Assembly (NCBI GenBank): GCA_035541435.1
Contig: DATKNL010000010.1
Span: 94,477-158,476 of the forward strand
Direction of reading: 5' to 3'
DNA length: 64,000 nt
DNA from: Minisyncoccota bacterium
GTDB lineage: Bacteria > Patescibacteriota > Minisyncoccia > UBA6257 > 2-01-FULL-56-20
Position numbers and translations under genes: made by a program. The stretch's first letter is position 1. Each line of letters starts with the position of its first letter. Of this stretch, positions 17,848 through 28,122 are shown one piece after another. The notes beneath the pieces are model-generated. The model did not search any database. It was not told the origin of the DNA and saw only the letters and a program-made list of their open reading frames with translations.

Positions 17848-18942
17848 TTATCTCTTAAGCTTGAGCGTGATGCGCTTCTCGTCGAGCTTCACCGTGTCGA
17901 TGACGAACGGATAGGTCTGGCCGACGGTGAGCATCTTCTTCATCTCGTCCTGCCCGCCGAATTCGGAAATGTGGACCATGCCCTGCAGGTCGTGGTCGAG
18001 CGCGACGACCGCGCCGAACGGGTTGAACTTATAGACCTTGCCCTGAGCGATGTCGCCCGGCTTGAAGAAGTCGCTGACCTTGAGCCACGGGTCCTCTTTG
18101 AGCGCCTTGAGCGAGAGGAAAACGCGGCCTTCCTTGATGTCGATGATCTTCGCCTTGAGCGGATCGTTGATCTTCACGAGCTCCTTCGGGTTCTCGATGA
18201 GTTTATAGTCGAGTTCGGAGATGTGGATCATGCCCTCGATCTGCGGGTTGTCGGTGAAGCGGACGAACACGCCGAAGTCCGCGGCGCCCGAGACCACGCA
18301 GTCTACGACCTGGCCGACCGCATAGGCGGTGAGGAGCTCCTTGACGTTGGCCGAAAGGACTTCGCGCTCGGAGACGATGATCTTGTTGGTGCGCGGATTG
18401 ACGTCGATGATCTTGACGTTGAGCTCCTGGCCGACGAACTTCTTAAGCTCTTCGGCGATCTTCACGCGGTCGCCGTCGGGAACCTTCGGATAATGTTCGA
18501 GCGAGAGCTGCGAAACGGGCAGGAAGGACTTGAGGTCCTCGGCGACGATGGCCATGAGGCCGCCGGCGTTCGCGCCGATGACTTTGGCCTTGGTCACTTC
18601 GCCGGACTCGGCGAGCTCCTTGGCCTGCTGCCAGAGCTTCTGCTTGCCGGCTTCGGACAGGGAGAGCTCGATCTGCCCCTCTTCGCCGTCGAGGGCGATG
18701 ATCTTTGCCTGGAGCTTGTCGCCGGGGTTGAGGTTGCGAAGCGCCTCCTTGGCGTTCATGACCTCGATGCCATAGACGATGCCCGTGCCGAAACGGCCGA
18801 GGTCGAAATAGGCCTTGCGCGGGAACTTCTTGATGAGGGAGACGTCGACAACCGAACCCTCCTTCGGCCACTCGATGGTCGAGAGCTCGGTTTTGAGGGT
18901 CTGCGTCGCGGCTGACGCCTTTTGGTCATCTGCTTGCGGCAT
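17848..18942 (-). CDS. rpsA: 30S ribosomal protein S1 (four S1 domains)
   Basis: Repeated S1 motifs (FLPVSQLS, FGVFV..EGMIHISEL, GMVHISEF, ITLKLK). Confidence 0.85.
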   Translation of the reverse strand: MPQADDQKASAATQTLKTELSTIEWPKEGSVVDVSLIKKFPRKAYFDLGRFGTGIVYGIEVMNAKEALRNLNPGDKLQAKIIALDGEEGQIELSLSEAGKQKLWQQAKELAESGEVTKAKVIGANAGGLMAIVAEDLKSFLPVSQLSLEHYPKVPDGDRVKIAEELKKFVGQELNVKIIDVNPRTNKIIVSEREVLSANVKELLTAYAVGQVVDCVVSGAADFGVFVRFTDNPQIEGMIHISELDYKLIENPKELVKINDPLKAKIIDIKEGRVFLSLKALKEDPWLKVSDFFKPGDIAQGKVYKFNPFGAVVALDHDLQGMVHISEFGGQDEMKKMLTVGQTYPFVIDTVKLDEKRITLKLKR

Positions 18943-19039
18943 GAGGAACAGTATAGCAGGGAAATTTGAAATTGCAAATGGTTTTGAGGCCCGAAACGCC
19001 GTTGAAATTGAGGTTTTTTTCTGCTAAAATAGGAGGGTC

Positions 19040-19612
19040 ATGGTGATCAATTATTTCGGAAACGGATGCTTCAGGCTTCAGAGCGGCGACACCTCGATCC
19101 TCCTCGACTCCGACAACAACCGCCTTAAGGCCGACATCTCGATCAAGACCCTCGTCTCGACCGACGCTCCCGACGCGCCCGGCGACGATTCGGTTGAGAT
19201 CATGTTCCCCGGCGAATATGAGGCGAAGGGGATCGAAATCAACGGATTCCAGATCAAAGAGGAATCGACCGAGAAATTCCTGAAGACGGCCTATGCCGCC
19301 GTCTGGGAGGGGATGAAGTTCGTATTCCTGGGACACCTTTCGCATCCGATCGATGCGTCCCTCATGGAGGAGTTTTCCGAACCCGACGTCCTTTTCCTGC
19401 CGGTGGGAGGCGGCCATTACCTCGAGCCCGAGGTTGCGGCGAAGATGGCGAAGCAGCTTGAGGCGCGCATCGTCATCCCGAGTTTTCACAAAACGCCCAC
19501 GGAATTCCTCAAGGCGTTCGGCAAGAAGGCCGAAGACATGGACAAGTTCGTTTTCAAGCAGAAGGATATCGCAAGCGACAAAGGGCGCGTGATCGTTCTT
19601 AAGGCCGCTTAG
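19040..19612 (+). CDS. MBL-fold metallohydrolase-like protein (degenerate)
   Basis: INYFGNGCFRL, PGEYE, DVLFLPVGG, IVIPSF; HxHxDH absent. Confidence 0.75.
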   Translation: MVINYFGNGCFRLQSGDTSILLDSDNNRLKADISIKTLVSTDAPDAPGDDSVEIMFPGEYEAKGIEINGFQIKEESTEKFLKTAYAAVWEGMKFVFLGHLSHPIDASLMEEFSEPDVLFLPVGGGHYLEPEVAAKMAKQLEARIVIPSFHKTPTEFLKAFGKKAEDMDKFVFKQKDIASDKGRVIVLKAA

Positions 19613-19624
19613 GCGAATGAAGGC

Positions 19625-20059
19625 ATGAACGAAGTCCCGCTCCCGCCCATCCATTATTCTCACGCGTCCGTGTCCCGTTCGGCTTCTGCGGCGCGCAAAA
19701 CGCGGCCTGAACGGAAGCCGATTCTTCAGACGCTGCAGGACCTCGACGAATCGATGAAGCGGCGCGTGCTCGTCATTTCGAGCGCGGTCGCCATGATCGT
19801 CGTGGTGTATGCCTGGGTGGGCTATGTGGGGGCGTTCATCGTGGTGCGGAATCCGGCGGGACAGCAGGCGGCGATTCAGACGGCCGCCGTTCCCGTTCCC
19901 GCCCCCGCCCCGGCTCAGGCGGGTGGCAGTCAGGCGAAACCTTCCGCCGCGGCCGGCGGGTTCTGGCGGGAACTCGAAAGCGGAGCGGTTTCGGCCTATC
20001 ATGGGATGGCGCAAGCCGTCACGAAGCCGATGGAATATGACGTGAAACCCAAGCAATAA
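19625..20059 (+). CDS. Hypothetical membrane protein
   Basis: Single TM helix and Pro/Ala linker; ends 2 nt before gyrA. Confidence 0.65.
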   Translation: MNEVPLPPIHYSHASVSRSASAARKTRPERKPILQTLQDLDESMKRRVLVISSAVAMIVVVYAWVGYVGAFIVVRNPAGQQAAIQTAAVPVPAPAPAQAGGSQAKPSAAAGGFWRELESGAVSAYHGMAQAVTKPMEYDVKPKQ

Positions 20060-20061
20060 CC

Positions 20062-22524
20062 ATGGCAAACCTCGAAAAGCGCGAAATCACCAAGGAGCTC
20101 GGCGAATCCTATCTCGACTATGCGATGTCGGTGATCGTTTCGCGCGCCCTCCCGGACGTGCGCGACGGACTGAAGCCGGTGCACCGGCGCGTGCTGTGGA
20201 CCATGTGGGACATGGGCCTCACGCACCTCGCGAAGTTCCGCAAGTCGTCGAACGTCGTCGGTGAGGCGATGGCGAAATACCATCCGCACGGCGACTCGGC
20301 GATCTATGACACCCTGGTCCGGCTGGCCCAGACGTTCTCGCTGCGTTATCCGCTCGTGCACGGCCAGGGAAACTTCGGATCGATCGACGGCGATTCGCCG
20401 GCGGCGATGCGCTATACCGAAGCCAAGCTCTCGGCGATCGCCGAAGAGATGCTGGCCGACATCGAGAAGGAGACGGTCGACTGGATGCCGAACTATGATT
20501 CGACCCGCGACGAGCCGAAGGTGCTGCCGGCCAAGCTGCCGAACCTGCTCCTGAACGGCACGCTCGGCATCGCCGTCGGCATGGCGACGAGCATCCCGCC
20601 GCACAACCTCGGCGAGATCGTCGACGCCATCCTTCATCTTGCCGACAATCCCGATGCGACGAACGAGGACCTCGTGCAGTTCGTGAAGGGACCGGACTTC
20701 CCGACGGCGGGAATCATCTATGACGCGAAGGCGATCAAGCAGGCCTATATCTCGGGGCGCGGGGCGATCCTCACGCGCGCGAAGGCCGAGATCGTCGAGC
20801 AGAAGGCCGGCAAGCAGTTCGACATCGTGATCACCGAGATTCCCTATCAGGTCAACAAGTCCGAGCTCATCAAGACGATCGCCGAGCTCGCGCAGGAGAA
20901 GAAGATCGAGGGCATCCGCGACCTGCGCGACGAATCGGACCGCGAGGGCATGCGCATCGTGATCGAGCTCAAGAACGACGTCCCGCCGCAGAAGGTGCTG
21001 AACTGGCTCTATAAGCACACGGACCTCGAGAAGAATTTCAACATGAACATGATCGCGCTCGTCACCGAGAACGGCGGGCTCGTTCCGCGCCTGCTCACGC
21101 TGCGTGACATCCTCGTCGAATATCTTGCCTATCGCAAAGAGGTCATCCGCCGCCGCACGCAGTTCGACCTGCGCAAGGCCGAAGAGCGGGCGCACATCCT
21201 CGAAGGGCTGGCCAAGGCCCTCGACGCGATCGACCGCGTGATCGCGACCATCAAGAAGTCGAAAGATAAAGAGGAGGCGCACGCGAACCTCGTGAAGACG
21301 TTCAAGTTCTCGGACGTGCAGGCGACGGCGATCCTCGAGATGCGCCTGCAGACGCTTGCGGCCCTCGAGCACAAGAAGATCGACGCCGAACTCAAGGAGA
21401 AGCGCGCGCTGATCGACGAGCTGCGGCTCATCCTCAAGAGCCCCGCGAAGATCGTGAAGATCATCAAGGACGAAGTGACGGGCCTCAAGGAGAAATACGG
21501 CGACGAGCGGCGCACCCAGGTCGTCGCGCGCGGCATCGAGGCCGTGAGCGACGAGGACCTGATCGCCGACGAAGGGGCGATCGTCACGGTGTCCGGCGGC
21601 GGCTATATCAAGCGCCTCCCGCCCGACACGTTCAAGGCGCAGCGCCGCGGCGGCAAGGGGATCATCGGTTCCGACGTTGCCGACGAGGACTTCCTGTCGC
21701 ACTTCTTCAGCGCCCGCACACACGACAACGTGCTCTTCTTCACCGACCGCGGCCGCGTGTTCCAGACCAAGGTCTATGAGATCCCGCAGGCGACGCGCAC
21801 CTCGAAGGGACGGGCCATCCAGAACTTCCTCGAGCTTCCGGCCGACGAGAACGTGAACGCGATCGTCAATTATTCGTCGAAGGGCGGTGCGAAGGCCGCC
21901 GACGGCTCGGTTTCGCCGAAGGGCAAGTTCCTCATGATGGTGACGAAGAACGGCGTGATCAAGAAGACGCCGATCGAGGACTTCGAGAACATCCGCCGGA
22001 ACGGCATCATCGCGATCTCGCTCAAGAAGGGCGACAAGCTCAAGTGGGCGCGGCTTACGGGAGGCAGCGACCAGGTGATCCTCGTCACGCGGCAGGGGCA
22101 GTCGATCCGTTTCGACGAGAAGCAGGTGCGGCCGATGGGCCGGACCGCCGCCGGCGTCCGCGCGATGAAGCTCAAGAAGAGCAACGACGAGGTTGCGGGC
22201 TTTGATATAATCAATAAGGAAGGCGACGCGGTGCTGCTCGTCGTCATGGAGCACGGGTTTGCGAAGCAGACGTCGCTCTCGGAATACAAGAAGCAGAGTC
22301 GCGGAGGGTCGGGCATCAAGACCGCGGAGATCACGCCGAAGACGGGTCCCCTCATCTCGGCCCACGTCGTGACCGATCAGAAAGAGATATTCGCCCTGTC
22401 GGCGAAGGGGCAGATGATTCGCACCGAACTCGGCGCCGTGCGCCATACCGGACGGTCCGCGCAGGGCGTGCGCATCATGAATCTGAAGGACAGCGACCGA
22501 CTCGCGGGAACCGTGGTCATCTGA
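20062..22524 (+). CDS. gyrA: DNA gyrase subunit A
   Basis: [29 protein letters not shown], GyrA-box QRRGGKG, beta-pinwheel repeats. Confidence 0.98.
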   Translation: MANLEKREITKELGESYLDYAMSVIVSRALPDVRDGLKPVHRRVLWTMWDMGLTHLAKFRKSSNVVGEAMAKYHPHGDSAIYDTLVRLAQTFSLRYPLVHGQGNFGSIDGDSPAAMRYTEAKLSAIAEEMLADIEKETVDWMPNYDSTRDEPKVLPAKLPNLLLNGTLGIAVGMATSIPPHNLGEIVDAILHLADNPDATNEDLVQFVKGPDFPTAGIIYDAKAIKQAYISGRGAILTRAKAEIVEQKAGKQFDIVITEIPYQVNKSELIKTIAELAQEKKIEGIRDLRDESDREGMRIVIELKNDVPPQKVLNWLYKHTDLEKNFNMNMIALVTENGGLVPRLLTLRDILVEYLAYRKEVIRRRTQFDLRKAEERAHILEGLAKALDAIDRVIATIKKSKDKEEAHANLVKTFKFSDVQATAILEMRLQTLAALEHKKIDAELKEKRALIDELRLILKSPAKIVKIIKDEVTGLKEKYGDERRTQVVARGIEAVSDEDLIADEGAIVTVSGGGYIKRLPPDTFKAQRRGGKGIIGSDVADEDFLSHFFSARTHDNVLFFTDRGRVFQTKVYEIPQATRTSKGRAIQNFLELPADENVNAIVNYSSKGGAKAADGSVSPKGKFLMMVTKNGVIKKTPIEDFENIRRNGIIAISLKKGDKLKWARLTGGSDQVILVTRQGQSIRFDEKQVRPMGRTAAGVRAMKLKKSNDEVAGFDIINKEGDAVLLVVMEHGFAKQTSLSEYKKQSRGGSGIKTAEITPKTGPLISAHVVTDQKEIFALSAKGQMIRTELGAVRHTGRSAQGVRIMNLKDSDRLAGTVVI

Positions 22525-22604
22525 CGGCAGGCAGGCATCGTTCCAGGGGGAGCGGCTTGCAGCCTGGGCGAGTCGCGGATCGTCGTTAGGAACGAATTGC
22601 CAGC

Positions 22605-23939
22605 ATGAAACTCACGCAAAAACAGGTCGTCATCGTGGCAGCAGGATTCATCCTGCTCGTCATCATCGGCATCGTCGTGTTTTTCAATATCCGCAAGCCG
22701 AACAGCGCGGCCCAGGTGAACCTCACGGTGTGGGGGACCGATAGCGATGCCGCGATGACCGGCATGCTCGATGCCTATCAGTCGGCCAACAAGGGATCGA
22801 ACATCACCTATAAGCAGATCGATCCGGCGCAATACCGGACGGAGCTCCTGTCGGCGCTTGCCGCCGGCACGGGTCCCGACGTCTTCGAGATCGGCAACCG
22901 CGACCTGCCGCAATGGCAGAGCGTGATCGCGCCGCTGCCTCAGGCGGATGCGACCCTTTTCAACGATGCGACGCTGCAGGCCGATTTCCCGACCGTGGTC
23001 GGCAGCGATTTCGCCGACGCCCAGGGCGACATCTATGCCCTGCCGCTTTCGCTCGACACGCTCGCGATGATCTATAACAAGGACCTCGTCGATTCGGCCG
23101 GCATCGCCCTGCTGCCGAAGACGTGGGATGCGTTCGATGCCGACATTCCGAAGCTGCGCTCGATCAATGCGCAGGGACAGCTCACACAGGCGGCCGCGGC
23201 GCTCGGCGGTTCGAGCGCCAGCATGCCGAACGCGACCGACATCCTCTATCTTCTTATGCTGCAGAACGGGACGCAGATGACGAGCAGGGATTTTTCAAGC
23301 GCGACGTTCGCCGACAACGTGAACGGCGGAAGCGGGACGGGCGGTTCCGGGGCGAATCCCGGCGTTGCCGCGTTCGATTTCTATCTGCAGTTCTCGAATT
23401 CGAATTCCCCCTATTACACGTGGACCGATTCGATGGGCGACGCCGAGGGCAGTTTCGTGAACGGCAAGACCGCGGTCATCTTCGATTATGCGTCGGCGCT
23501 GCCCGACATTCGCAAGAAGGCTCCCTTCCTCAATGTCGGTGTCGCGCCGATGCCGCAGCCGACCGGTGCGAGCGTCGCCGTGAACTATCCCTCGTATGAA
23601 GGGCTCGCGGTGGCGCGCTATGGCCAAGTCGCGGCAGCGTGGAACTTCATCGTGAACCTCACGACGAACGCCTATGAGACGGGCCTCTATAATGAGAAGA
23701 CCGGAACCCCACCCGCGCTTCGCACGGCGATCGCGGCCGGCGCGGGCGATCCCGCCATGGCGGTCTTCGGAGCCCAGGCGCTCACCGCGCGTTCGTGGCA
23801 CGAAGCCGACGCCGCGAAGATCGATGCCGCGATGAGCGGCGCCGTGACGAGCGTCATGACCGGCCAGTCCGATTCGGCCAAGGCGCTGCAGACGGCGCAG
23901 GAAGCCGTGAACGCGATCATCCACCAGCAATCCCAATGA
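22605..23939 (+). CDS. Membrane-anchored extracellular solute-binding protein (sugar-binding family-like)
   Basis: N-terminal TM, LTVWG, AAGTGPDVF, YALPLSLDTLAMIYNKDL, APMPQ. Confidence 0.85.
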   Translation: MKLTQKQVVIVAAGFILLVIIGIVVFFNIRKPNSAAQVNLTVWGTDSDAAMTGMLDAYQSANKGSNITYKQIDPAQYRTELLSALAAGTGPDVFEIGNRDLPQWQSVIAPLPQADATLFNDATLQADFPTVVGSDFADAQGDIYALPLSLDTLAMIYNKDLVDSAGIALLPKTWDAFDADIPKLRSINAQGQLTQAAAALGGSSASMPNATDILYLLMLQNGTQMTSRDFSSATFADNVNGGSGTGGSGANPGVAAFDFYLQFSNSNSPYYTWTDSMGDAEGSFVNGKTAVIFDYASALPDIRKKAPFLNVGVAPMPQPTGASVAVNYPSYEGLAVARYGQVAAAWNFIVNLTTNAYETGLYNEKTGTPPALRTAIAAGAGDPAMAVFGAQALTARSWHEADAAKIDAAMSGAVTSVMTGQSDSAKALQTAQEAVNAIIHQQSQ

Positions 23940-23940
23940 C

Positions 23941-24408
23941 ATGAAAACGGCAGGACGCATCATCCTTTTCGCATCGGTCGTCGCGCTCGCCGTCGTGCCG
24001 CTCTTTGCGCGCGCCGACAACGCGTCAGGCATCCCGTATTGGGCGAACGGGGGATTGCTCTCGTGCACCGGCAACTACGTGAACGGCGCCCATCCCTGCA
24101 CGAGCGTCTGCGACCTCATCCAGACGATCGTGAACGTCATCTATTTCGGCATCACGATCTGCCTCTTCGTGCTCGCGCCGATCTTCTTCACGATCGGCGG
24201 CGTCATGCTCATGGTTTCCGGCGCGAACCCCGAGATGATGAGCCGCGGCAAGGGCATCCTGCTGAACACCGTGATCGGCGTCGTGATCGTGCTCTGCTCC
24301 TATCTCATCGTCTTCACGTTCGTGAACGTGTTCGGCGCCTCGGTGAATGGCCAACCGGCATTCAATTCGACCTTTTCATGCGTGCCGCAGTATCCGACAG
24401 GACAATGA
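23941..24408 (+). CDS. TrbC/VirB2-like pilin
   Basis: Signal peptide, Cys pairs, two TM helices flanking GG..MVSGANPE..RGK. Confidence 0.75.
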   Translation: MKTAGRIILFASVVALAVVPLFARADNASGIPYWANGGLLSCTGNYVNGAHPCTSVCDLIQTIVNVIYFGITICLFVLAPIFFTIGGVMLMVSGANPEMMSRGKGILLNTVIGVVIVLCSYLIVFTFVNVFGASVNGQPAFNSTFSCVPQYPTGQ

Positions 24409-24409
24409 G

Positions 24410-25222
24410 ATGAGGAAGGCCCTGCTCGGCGCGGTCATCGGTGCGGCGGCCCTCGTGCCGTTCGCCGCGCTTGCGCAGACGCCGGGCCCGACGCCCATCT
24501 CGCTCTCGTTTCCCGGACAGTATATCGTGACGACGAGCACGCCGCCGGGCTATCTCATTTCGAACTTCTATCACTTCATGATCCTGGCGGGCGCGCTCAT
24601 CGCGCTCGGCGCGATCGTCTATGGCGGCATCAAATATGTCATTTCAGCCGGCAATCCGTCCGGGCAGAGCGACGCGAAAGAGCGGCTTGCCGACGCGTTT
24701 CTCGGGCTTACGCTCCTTGTCTGCGCCTATCTCGTGCTCTACACGATCAACCCAAACCTTGTCGAACTCGGCCTGCCGAACCTGAGTCCGATCAGCGTCG
24801 CGACGCCGCCGCAGACGGGCGGCGGCACGCCCTATGCGCCCGGAACGCCGACCGGAGTCGGGTGCGCCGGCGGGCAGTGCAGCACGCTGCCGAACTGCAC
24901 GCCGTCCGCGCGCGTGAACTGCGGCGGCGCCGCGGAGATGGTGTCGGCCATGCAGTGCATTCAGGCGAAGGACCCGAACTTCTCGGTTTCGGAAGGGTAT
25001 CCGCCGACGGGCGCCCATCAATCGAAATGCCATAGCAACGGCTGCTGCATCGACACGGTCGTTCCGGGATCGAGTTGCGCGGCGGTGAACGCGCTCATTC
25101 AGGCGGCGCAATCATGCGGGGCAAGCGTCGCGAACGAATACACGAACTGCAACGGAACGTCCTATGCGCACACGACGGGCGGCAACGTCCATATCAACGC
25201 GCCGCATATCAACGGATGCTGA
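24410..25222 (+). CDS. VirB2-like pilin fused to a Cys-rich, possible M15/LAS-type peptidase domain
   Basis: IVYGGIKYVISAGNPSGQSDAKE..GL.LL..YL.L.TINPNL; C-terminal H-x6-D (HSNGCCID) and GGNVHI. Confidence 0.75.
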   Translation: MRKALLGAVIGAAALVPFAALAQTPGPTPISLSFPGQYIVTTSTPPGYLISNFYHFMILAGALIALGAIVYGGIKYVISAGNPSGQSDAKERLADAFLGLTLLVCAYLVLYTINPNLVELGLPNLSPISVATPPQTGGGTPYAPGTPTGVGCAGGQCSTLPNCTPSARVNCGGAAEMVSAMQCIQAKDPNFSVSEGYPPTGAHQSKCHSNGCCIDTVVPGSSCAAVNALIQAAQSCGASVANEYTNCNGTSYAHTTGGNVHINAPHINGC

Positions 25223-25232
25223 TTCGAACACC

Positions 25233-25751
25233 ATGAGATCCCGCATCGTCACCATCATCATCGGCGTCATCGTGATCATCGGTTTTGCGATCTATCTGAT
25301 CTTCGGGCGGAGCGGCGGAACGGCCGGATCGGGGACCGGTGCGGGCGTCGGATCTTCGGGGACCGTCGATGGCACGCCCGTCACGGTGAGTCAGGCCTAT
25401 CCGGACGCCCCGACGACCGATCGGATTTCGATCGGGACCGCGGCCGGCATCGTCCAGGTCGCCAATTTCTATGAGGCAAGCGGGACGACCGTGGGCGACG
25501 ACGGCGTGCTCGTCATCAGCCGCGGCGCGGGATATTGGATCACCTATGACCCGTCGGACAGCAGCTTCTGGGTCGCGGTTTCGGGGACGCCGTTCGAGTC
25601 GGTCCGCCAGGCGGCCGAAGCCGACTTTCTCGCCGCGCTCGGCGTGAGCCGGGGCGATGCGTGCAAGCTTGCCGTTTCGGTCGGCGCGCCCTATGCTGCA
25701 GGGAGCGCCCTCAACGGCCAATCCTTCCCCCTGAGCTTCTGCCCGCACTAG
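25233..25751 (+). CDS. Hypothetical membrane-anchored protein in the pilin cluster
   Basis: N-terminal TM, Gly/Ser linker, AEADFL..LG....ACKL, C-terminal LSFC. Confidence 0.75.
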   Translation: MRSRIVTIIIGVIVIIGFAIYLIFGRSGGTAGSGTGAGVGSSGTVDGTPVTVSQAYPDAPTTDRISIGTAAGIVQVANFYEASGTTVGDDGVLVISRGAGYWITYDPSDSSFWVAVSGTPFESVRQAAEADFLAALGVSRGDACKLAVSVGAPYAAGSALNGQSFPLSFCPH

Positions 25752-25773
25752 CCGATAGTTTATAATGAAAGGA

Positions 25774-26121
25774 ATGCAACCCCTGCGGAAATTCGCCTCG
25801 AACGCCCTTGCAGCAGCCGCGCTTTTCGCGGCGGCGGCGAACATCGCCGTGGCCCAGTCCATCACGCTGCCGAACCCGATCGGCACGACGAGCTGGGCGG
25901 ATGTTGCCGGCAAGATCGTCAACGTCATCTTCGTCGATATCGCCATTCCGTTGTGCACCATCATGGCTCTCGTTGGCGGGTTCCAGCTCATGACATCGGC
26001 CGGCGAGCCTGAAAAGGCATCCCGCGGAAGAAAGACACTCTTATATGCCGCCCTGGGGTTCGGCGTCGTGCTGTGCGCCACCGGAATCGCAAGTCTGCTT
26101 CAGAACCTCCTGACTCCCTAA
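25774..26121 (+). CDS. TrbC/VirB2-like pilin
   Basis: LPNPIG, GGFQLMTSAGEPEKASRGRKTLLYAALG; start placed 7 nt after TATAAT. Confidence 0.8.
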   Translation: MQPLRKFASNALAAAALFAAAANIAVAQSITLPNPIGTTSWADVAGKIVNVIFVDIAIPLCTIMALVGGFQLMTSAGEPEKASRGRKTLLYAALGFGVVLCATGIASLLQNLLTP

Positions 26122-26142
26122 AGTCGAACAATCAAAATAACC

Positions 26143-26547
26143 ATGAAAAAAATATCTTTGTCATTGAAGCTCCTCGGATCGTTCGTTGCTGGTTTGCAAG
26201 GATTTGCGGTTGTCGCACATGCTGCTCAATTCGACTCCAATTCCCAGGTGCAGGCTCCCATACAGAACGAAAGCAATCTCCAGCAGTTGTTTTGCAATAT
26301 CATCAGCTGGTTCTTTTGGATTATCATCGTGATCTCGGTCATCATGGTCCTTATGGCGGCGTTCACCTATGTGACGGCCCGGGGCGACGAAGAGAAGACG
26401 ACGCGCGCGAGAAGGACGATCACCTATGCCGCCATTGGCGTTGCGGTTGCGTTTATCGCGGCCGGATTCCCATCCGTCGTAGCAAGCGTCTTCCCGAACA
26501 TGTCTTCCGTGTCACCTGTCAGCCTGACAAAGGTCTGCGCTTTCTAG
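26143..26547 (+). CDS. TrbC/VirB2-like pilin
   Basis: AAFTYVTARGDEEKTTRARRTITYAAIG. Confidence 0.8.
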   Translation: MKKISLSLKLLGSFVAGLQGFAVVAHAAQFDSNSQVQAPIQNESNLQQLFCNIISWFFWIIIVISVIMVLMAAFTYVTARGDEEKTTRARRTITYAAIGVAVAFIAAGFPSVVASVFPNMSSVSPVSLTKVCAF

Positions 26548-26610
26548 AAAAGGGAATGATGTGCTACACTGACTAAGTACCCAGGAAAGGTCGAATATTC
26601 CTCAAATTCC

Positions 26611-27003
26611 ATGAAGAACGTTATTGGTTTTGCGAAGACCTACGGCCCGGCGATCACGGCGTTCGTGCTCCCGGCGCTTGCGTTCGCTCAACCCGTCGCC
26701 GTTCCTCCGGGTTCCGGCGGAAACACCGTCCCGGGAACGAGCATCACGAGCCTGCAGAGCGTCCTCAACCTGCTCTGCAACATCTTCGGATGGGCCTTCT
26801 GGTTCCTGATCGTCCTTGCCGTCATTTTCGTCATCGTCGCCGCGTTCCGCTATCTCATGGCGGGTGGCAATCCTGAAAATGTCGGAAAGGCCGGCAGCAC
26901 GCTGCTTTATGCGGCGGTTGCGATTGGCGTCGCACTCCTCGCGCGCGCTGTTCCGCTTGTCGTCGGCAGCTTCCTCGGCGCCGGACAGGTGACGTCCTGC
27001 TAG
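26611..27003 (+). CDS. TrbC/VirB2-like pilin (candidate major subunit)
   Basis: AAFRYLMAGGNPENVGKAGSTLLYAAVA; candidate -10 TGCTACACT upstream and terminator downstream. Confidence 0.8.
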   Translation: MKNVIGFAKTYGPAITAFVLPALAFAQPVAVPPGSGGNTVPGTSITSLQSVLNLLCNIFGWAFWFLIVLAVIFVIVAAFRYLMAGGNPENVGKAGSTLLYAAVAIGVALLARAVPLVVGSFLGAGQVTSC

Positions 27004-27021
27004 TCCGATCGATTCGTTATG

Positions 27022-27053
27022 AAAAAGGGCCGTCCTCGCTGGACGGTCCTTTT
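27022..27053. terminator. Terminator closing the pilin cluster
   Basis: AAAAGGGCCGTCC-TCGCT-GGACGGTCCTTTT. Confidence 0.8.
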
Positions 27054-27125
27054 GGTTTTTGCGCACGGGCAGAAAAAAGGCCGCGTGCATGAAGCGCGCG
27101 GCCAAGTGAACGAAGGGAGGAATGG

Positions 27126-27998
27126 TCACTGGAACATGATTTTTTCCTTTCGCGGATCCTCCGGGAGATAGAAAAATCCCGAGCCGCCTTTGACGGGGAG
27201 TGCCCCATCGGGCCAATGCTGAACGGCTATCGTCATCTGCGAGATGCCGCGCGCACGTGGGTCGATGCTGCACTTGCCGGTGATCTTATAACGAATGTCG
27301 GGATTGACCTTCTGTTGGTTGTTTCCCGAGCTGAACCCTATCGCACATGACATGAACGTAGGGAGCAGATATGAGTTTCCGAGATCATCGACGATCTGTC
27401 CGCCGGCCCCTTCGAACGAGAAAAATTGTCGTTCGCCCGAGGTGTTGGTCAGGTATCCCACGAACGCGACACCGCTTTCGGTCGTTCTCGCAGCTTGCAG
27501 TGTCAGCGTGAAGAAGTCCGTTTTCGTGGTCACAACCGGTCCGTAAGGGGATCTGGTTAGTGCTGCCGCGATTTCGGTGGTCTCGCCTTTTTTCTTGTCG
27601 TCAGTCCGGACTCCTTGTCCGTCTGCCGCCTTGGAAGAGGCGCCATTCACTTGCGCGCGCAGGTTGGAATTCGTCTTGCGCAGGTCGTTGATGGTTCCGT
27701 TTTGTCCGGCGATCACGCGGTCCTTTTCTTCCATCTGCGCCCGCAGGTCGTCGATCTGGTCGGCCAGCTTGTCGCCTTTTTCGTCGGCTGGGGTCTGCTC
27801 CTGGTCCTCTTGCGGATGTGATTCCGCCCGATGAACAAGCGCGGGTTCGTGGATCTTTTCCGCATTCTGTCGGGAGGGCTTGCGTACGTAAGGCCACCCG
27901 AACGATATGACGGCGATGAGGACGATCGCTCCTGCGAGGATCGCCCCCATGATGAGTTTGGGCTTCAGTACCTCGTACCTGAACCTCGCATCAACCAT
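27126..27998 (-). CDS. Hypothetical membrane-anchored protein (TM, coiled coil, beta-rich domain)
   Basis: ORF with GGAG upstream of the ATG at 27998 and a TTGACA promoter; atypical codon usage. Confidence 0.7.
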   Translation of the reverse strand: MVDARFRYEVLKPKLIMGAILAGAIVLIAVISFGWPYVRKPSRQNAEKIHEPALVHRAESHPQEDQEQTPADEKGDKLADQIDDLRAQMEEKDRVIAGQNGTINDLRKTNSNLRAQVNGASSKAADGQGVRTDDKKKGETTEIAAALTRSPYGPVVTTKTDFFTLTLQAARTTESGVAFVGYLTNTSGERQFFSFEGAGGQIVDDLGNSYLLPTFMSCAIGFSSGNNQQKVNPDIRYKITGKCSIDPRARGISQMTIAVQHWPDGALPVKGGSGFFYLPEDPRKEKIMFQ

Positions 27999-28122
27999 AT
28001 GTTCTTCTCCGATCTCTGTAGAGAGCTGGTAACATATTACCATATAAATAGATAATTGTCAATTGTATTAAAAAAGGCCTTCGGTGGTTGCCGTCGGCCT
28101 TTGTTTTTGCGCATGCCTGAAG

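Noticed and set aside
19999-22446. Long antisense ORFs (also 33571-36018, 38621-40585, 12310-14169, 9675-10973)
   Set aside because: Shadow frames of GC-rich genes; no recognisable motifs.
22525-22600. Hairpin after gyrA as another module copy or riboswitch
   Set aside because: It has a TCGTTCC/GGAACGA stem but lacks the TGCT and CTNC loops; no recognisable aptamer.
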